Shown: positions 7,640 to 11,116 of the stretch, piece by piece | Layout: each line of letters begins with the position of its first letter | How positions within the stretch are numbered: the stretch's first letter is position 1 | Source of the DNA: Azolla caroliniana | Lineage: Eukaryota > Plantae > Polypodiophyta | DNA length: 11,116 bases | NCBI GenBank assembly: GCA_043228905.1 | Contig: JBHGNT010001189.1 | Span: 1-11,116 of the forward strand | Direction: 5' to 3' | The notes under the pieces: generated by a model | Told to the model about the DNA's origin: nothing | Database searches by the model: none | Seen by the model: only the letters and a program-made list of their open reading frames with translations | Translations under genes and position numbers: made by a program

Positions 7640-10600
7640 ATGGAAGGCGGCGGCAGCAGGCAGCCGGGGATGATGGTGCTGACTGCGCAGAATTACGCCG
7701 ACTGGAAGATCAAGATGGAGGATCTTCTGATTGTTCGGGACCTGTACGAACCGATTGACAGGTCGGAAATACCGAAAGGGGTACTTGAGTCGGAATGGAG
7801 GCTTCTGAACCGGAAAGCCGTTGCAACCATTCGGCAATACGTCGACATGAGCGTTCTACAACATGTGGCGAACGACACCAACGCATATGAGATGTGGCGG
7901 AAGCTGTCGGGCCTCTACGAGAGGAAGAATGCGTTGAACCGGACCTCCCTGATGAGGAAGATAGTGAATCTCAAGTACCGGGACGGCGAGAGTATGGTGG
8001 AACACGTAAGCACGTTCATGGGATTCGTGAATCAGCTTGCGGCGATCAAGTTCCCGTTGGAGGATGCAATGCAAACCATCATCCTGATGTGTACATTGCC
8101 GGAAAGCTGGGAGAACTTGGTGGTGACTCTCAGCACCTCCTGCACAGAAGATAACTTGTCCTTAGAAACGGTAAAGACAAGTATTTTGAACGAAGAAGCG
8201 CGTCGGAGAGATAAAGAACCGGCCTCCGACTCGAAGGCGCTGCTTACCGAATCGGATCGGGGAAGACAATGGAACCGGAGTCCGCAAAGACGGGAGAAGT
8301 CGGGGACCCGGTCGCAGTCAAGAGGAAGGCCCACATGCTTCCACTGTGGGAAGCCGGGGCACTTCCGAAAGAATTGTCGGCATTACCGAAAAGACAACGG
8401 AGCCGACGACACCGATTCGAAGAAGTCACCGGAGAGAAACGGTGCATACCGGGGAGCCACGGACCGGAGAGGTTCGGATCGGCGAGGGCAGGACCGGAAA
8501 GGAACAACGGCACTCGCGGCAAGTGAGGAAGAAATCATGCTCATCACCGAAGAAAGTGAAGTAAACATTGCCGGCGATGAGACGACCTGGGTGGTCGATT
8601 CCGGAGCATCGTTCCACCTGACCCCGGAGAGAAGATACTTCTCATCCTACACAGCCGGTGAGCATGGCTGTGTTCGGATGGGAAATGAAGGTACGTGCCG
8701 GATTGCCGGCATAGGAGACGTGTGGTTGACAACCCCGACCGGATGCAAAATGCTGCTGAAGGATGTCCGACACGTTCCGGAGGTTCGATTGAACCTGATT
8801 TCGGCCGGGAGGCTAGACGATGAAGGCTACACAGGTAGCATCCGGAACGGCGTAATGAAGTTCAGCAAGGGGAGCCTGATAGTGGCTCGGGCCCGGAAAG
8901 ACAACACACTGTACCTGATGAATGCCCGGTTGTGTTCGGAAGAGTTGAACGTGGCAGCCGACACTGCCGGTGAGCTGTGGCACAAGAGACTGTGCCACAT
9001 GAGTGAGAAGGGGATGAAGAGGCTTGCAGAAGACAAGCTTATTCCAGTGAAGCATGTGCACCTGGAGAAGTGCACCGATTGCCTGGCCGGTAAGCAGAAC
9101 CGAACCTCCTTCCACTCAAGGCCACCGACGAGACGTAGCGCACCATTGGAGTTGGTGCACACTGATGTGTGTCAGGTAGAAACGAAGTCACATGGCGGAG
9201 CCCAGTACTTCGTAACATTCATTGATGATCACAGCCGGAAGCTGTGGACGGCACCGTTGAAGACAAAGGACCAAGTGTTGTGCGTCTTCAAAGAACTCCA
9301 CGCGAGAGTGGAAAGGGAATCCGGCAAGAAGCTGAAAGCGATACGAGCGGATAACGGAGGGGAATACCGGGGGCAGTTCCAGGAGTACTGTCGCTCGAAG
9401 GGAATCCGGCTCGAGTTTACTGTGCCGAAGACGCCGGAACTGAACGGGCTGGCCGAGAGGATGAACCGGACCATAATGGAGAGGGTCCGGAGTATGCTGG
9501 CGCATGCGGAATTACCCAAGGGGTTTTGGGCTGAGGCGATGTCGACGGCGACATACGTGATAAACAGATCACCCTCAGTACCTTTGGACGGAGACACGCC
9601 GCAGAGAGTGTGGACCGGTAGGGAAGTATCCTACCGGCATCTGAAGGTGTTCGGGTGTCTCGCATACGTGCATGTGGCAAAGGACCGGAGAGGAAAGCTA
9701 GATCCAAAGACCCGGCCATGCATATTCCTCGGTTACGGCGACGACGAGTTCGGCTACCGAGTATGGGACCCGGTCGACAAAAAGATATTCCGGAGTCGTG
9801 ATACCATCTTCATGGAGGACAAGACACTCGCCGACTAGGAGTCGGAGAAGAAGATGAAGAGCTCCAAGTCGACCGGTGAGGATCAACTCTACGAGGAGCA
9901 GTCCCGACCGGCAAGGGACCGGTTAGCACTCGAGGATCCGGCCGAAGACGGTGAAGAAACAGAACCGGCCGAAGAAGATGAAAATGATACCGGAACCGGC
10001 CCCGATCCCGAAATGGATTCGGATGAAGAAGAAGAATCGGAAGAACCGGTTACCGAAGCTCCCGAACGGAGATATCCTCTAAGAGAGAGGAGGGCCCCCC
10101 GGAGATTTCCGGATCCAGAGCACGTGCTGCTAACCGACGAGGGGGAGCCGGAGAGTTTTGAAGAAGCAAAGCACGACACCCAGAGCCGCAGGTGGTTGAG
10201 TGCCATGCAGGACGAGATGGATTCCCTGCATGAGAACCACACATATGAACTTGTGGAGTTGCCGAAAGGAAAGCGGGCACTTCGAAACAAGTGGGTGTTC
10301 AAGCTGAAACCGGGAGATGCCGGAAACCCCCCGAGATACAAAGCCAGGATCGTGGTGAAGGGGTTTCAGCAGAAGAAGGGCGTCGACTTCGACGAGATAT
10401 TTGCCCCGGTAGTGAAGATGACCTCCATCCGGACGGTGCTGAGCATAGCGGCAAGCATGGACCTCGAGGTAGAACAGATGGACGTGAAGACGGCATTCCT
10501 TCACGGTGACCTCGATGAAGAGATCTACATGCAGCAACCGGAAGGATTCGAGAAGAAAGGGAAGGAGCACCTGGTATGCCGGTTGAAGAAGAGCCTTTAC

Positions 10601-11116
10601 GGACTGAAGCAGGCTCCCCGGCAATGGTACCGGAAGTTCGACTCCTTCATGACCGACGAAGGGTACCTCAAAACGCAGTCCGACCACTGCGTGTTTGTGA
10701 AGAAGTTCGAAGGAGGAGACTTTCTAATACTCCTCCTGTACGTGGACGACATGTTGATCGTCGAACGGGACCAGGTCAAGATACGGATGCTGAAGAAGGC
10801 TCTTCACCGAACCTTCTCAATGAAGGACTTGGGTCCGGCGAGACAAATACTAGGGATGCACATCATCCGGGACCGGAGCAAGAAGCAGTTGTGGCTGTCA
10901 CAGGAGAAGTACGTGACAAAGGTGCTTAAACGGTTCAACATGTCGGAAGCAAGACCGGTCGGATCGACCCTCCCGGCAAACTGCAAGCTGTCCAGCAAGC
11001 AAAGTCCCAAGACAAAGGCTGAAAAGGAGGATATGATGAAAGTGCCGTATGCCTCAGCCGTCGGGAGCTTGATGTACGCCATGGTGTGTACGAGACCGGA
11101 CATCGGATATGCAGTC
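7640..11116 (+). pseudogene. gag-pol: Copia gag-pol polyprotein (gag, CCHC, protease, integrase, RT), open except for one in-frame TAG at 9836-9838; 3'-partial
   Basis: ATG at 7640, just after the PBS. Motifs: CFHCGKPGHFRKNC (8336-8377); WVVDSGAS (DSG 8597-8605); WHKRLCH...CTDC; catalytic D 9164, D 9350, E 9455. The same frame continues after the TAG with EPESFEEA, YKARIVVKGFQQ, QMDVKTAFLHG, SLYGLKQAPRQW and YVDD (10739-10750) to the window end. The ORF track misses this last part because it has no stop in the window. Confidence 0.95.
8459..8503 (+). repeat. Three tandem 15-bp coding repeats (TDRRG-SDRRG-QDRKG)
   Basis: ACGGACCGGAGAGGT / TCGGATCGGCGAGGG / CAGGACCGGAAAGGA, in frame between the zinc knuckle and the protease. 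Confidence 0.8.

Larger units (their letters stand above)
6998..11116 (+). mobile_element. Element D: young Ty1/copia LTR retrotransposon, Tork (Tnt1/Tto1-like) lineage, 3' end outside the window
   Basis: Complete 5' LTR, iMet PBS and near-intact gag-pol. The integrase segment DNGGEYRGQFQEYC...PKTPELNGLAERMNRT has 34 residues between D and E, as I recall for Tto1-type elements. Confidence 0.95.

Noticed and set aside
7604-11103. Many overlapping alternative-frame and antisense ORFs in element D (e.g. 10130..10687 -, 9889..10341 -)
   Set aside because: Expected shadows of a GC-rich coding strand with few off-frame stops; they show no recognisable domains.
1-11116. Prokaryotic systems (CRISPR array, retron, DGR, operon) or RNA genes
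   Set aside because: No repeat-spacer array or tRNA/rRNA structure is present. Both RTs are copia RVT_2 type, and tRNA similarity is limited to the primer-binding sites.

Overview
Eukaryotic (land-plant-type) heterochromatic window with no host genes. It consists of four nested LTR retrotransposons, all on the + strand. (A) 1-~1403: 3' end of a decayed Ty3/gypsy chromovirus (integrase, GPY/F motif, chromodomain, 3' LTR), inserted into B. (B) ~1404-5091: decayed Ty1/copia (integrase, RT, RNase H, PPT, 208-bp 3' LTR), inserted near the end of the 5' LTR of C. (C) 5092-6997: decayed non-chromovirus Ty3/gypsy with a tRNA-Arg-like PBS and a gag carrying three CCHC knuckles, interrupted at 6998 by D. 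(D) 6998-11116: young, GC-rich Tnt1/Tto1-like (Tork) copia with a 612-bp 5' LTR, tRNA-iMet PBS and a gag-pol broken only by one in-frame TAG, running off the window. I see no new multi-gene system. The two most unusual signals are the very high CCGG density in D (about 70 sites by hand count, versus 4 in the other 7 kb) and the three-knuckle Gag of C with its R/D/Y/H-rich low-complexity insert. Lineage names come from motif recognition, not database searches.
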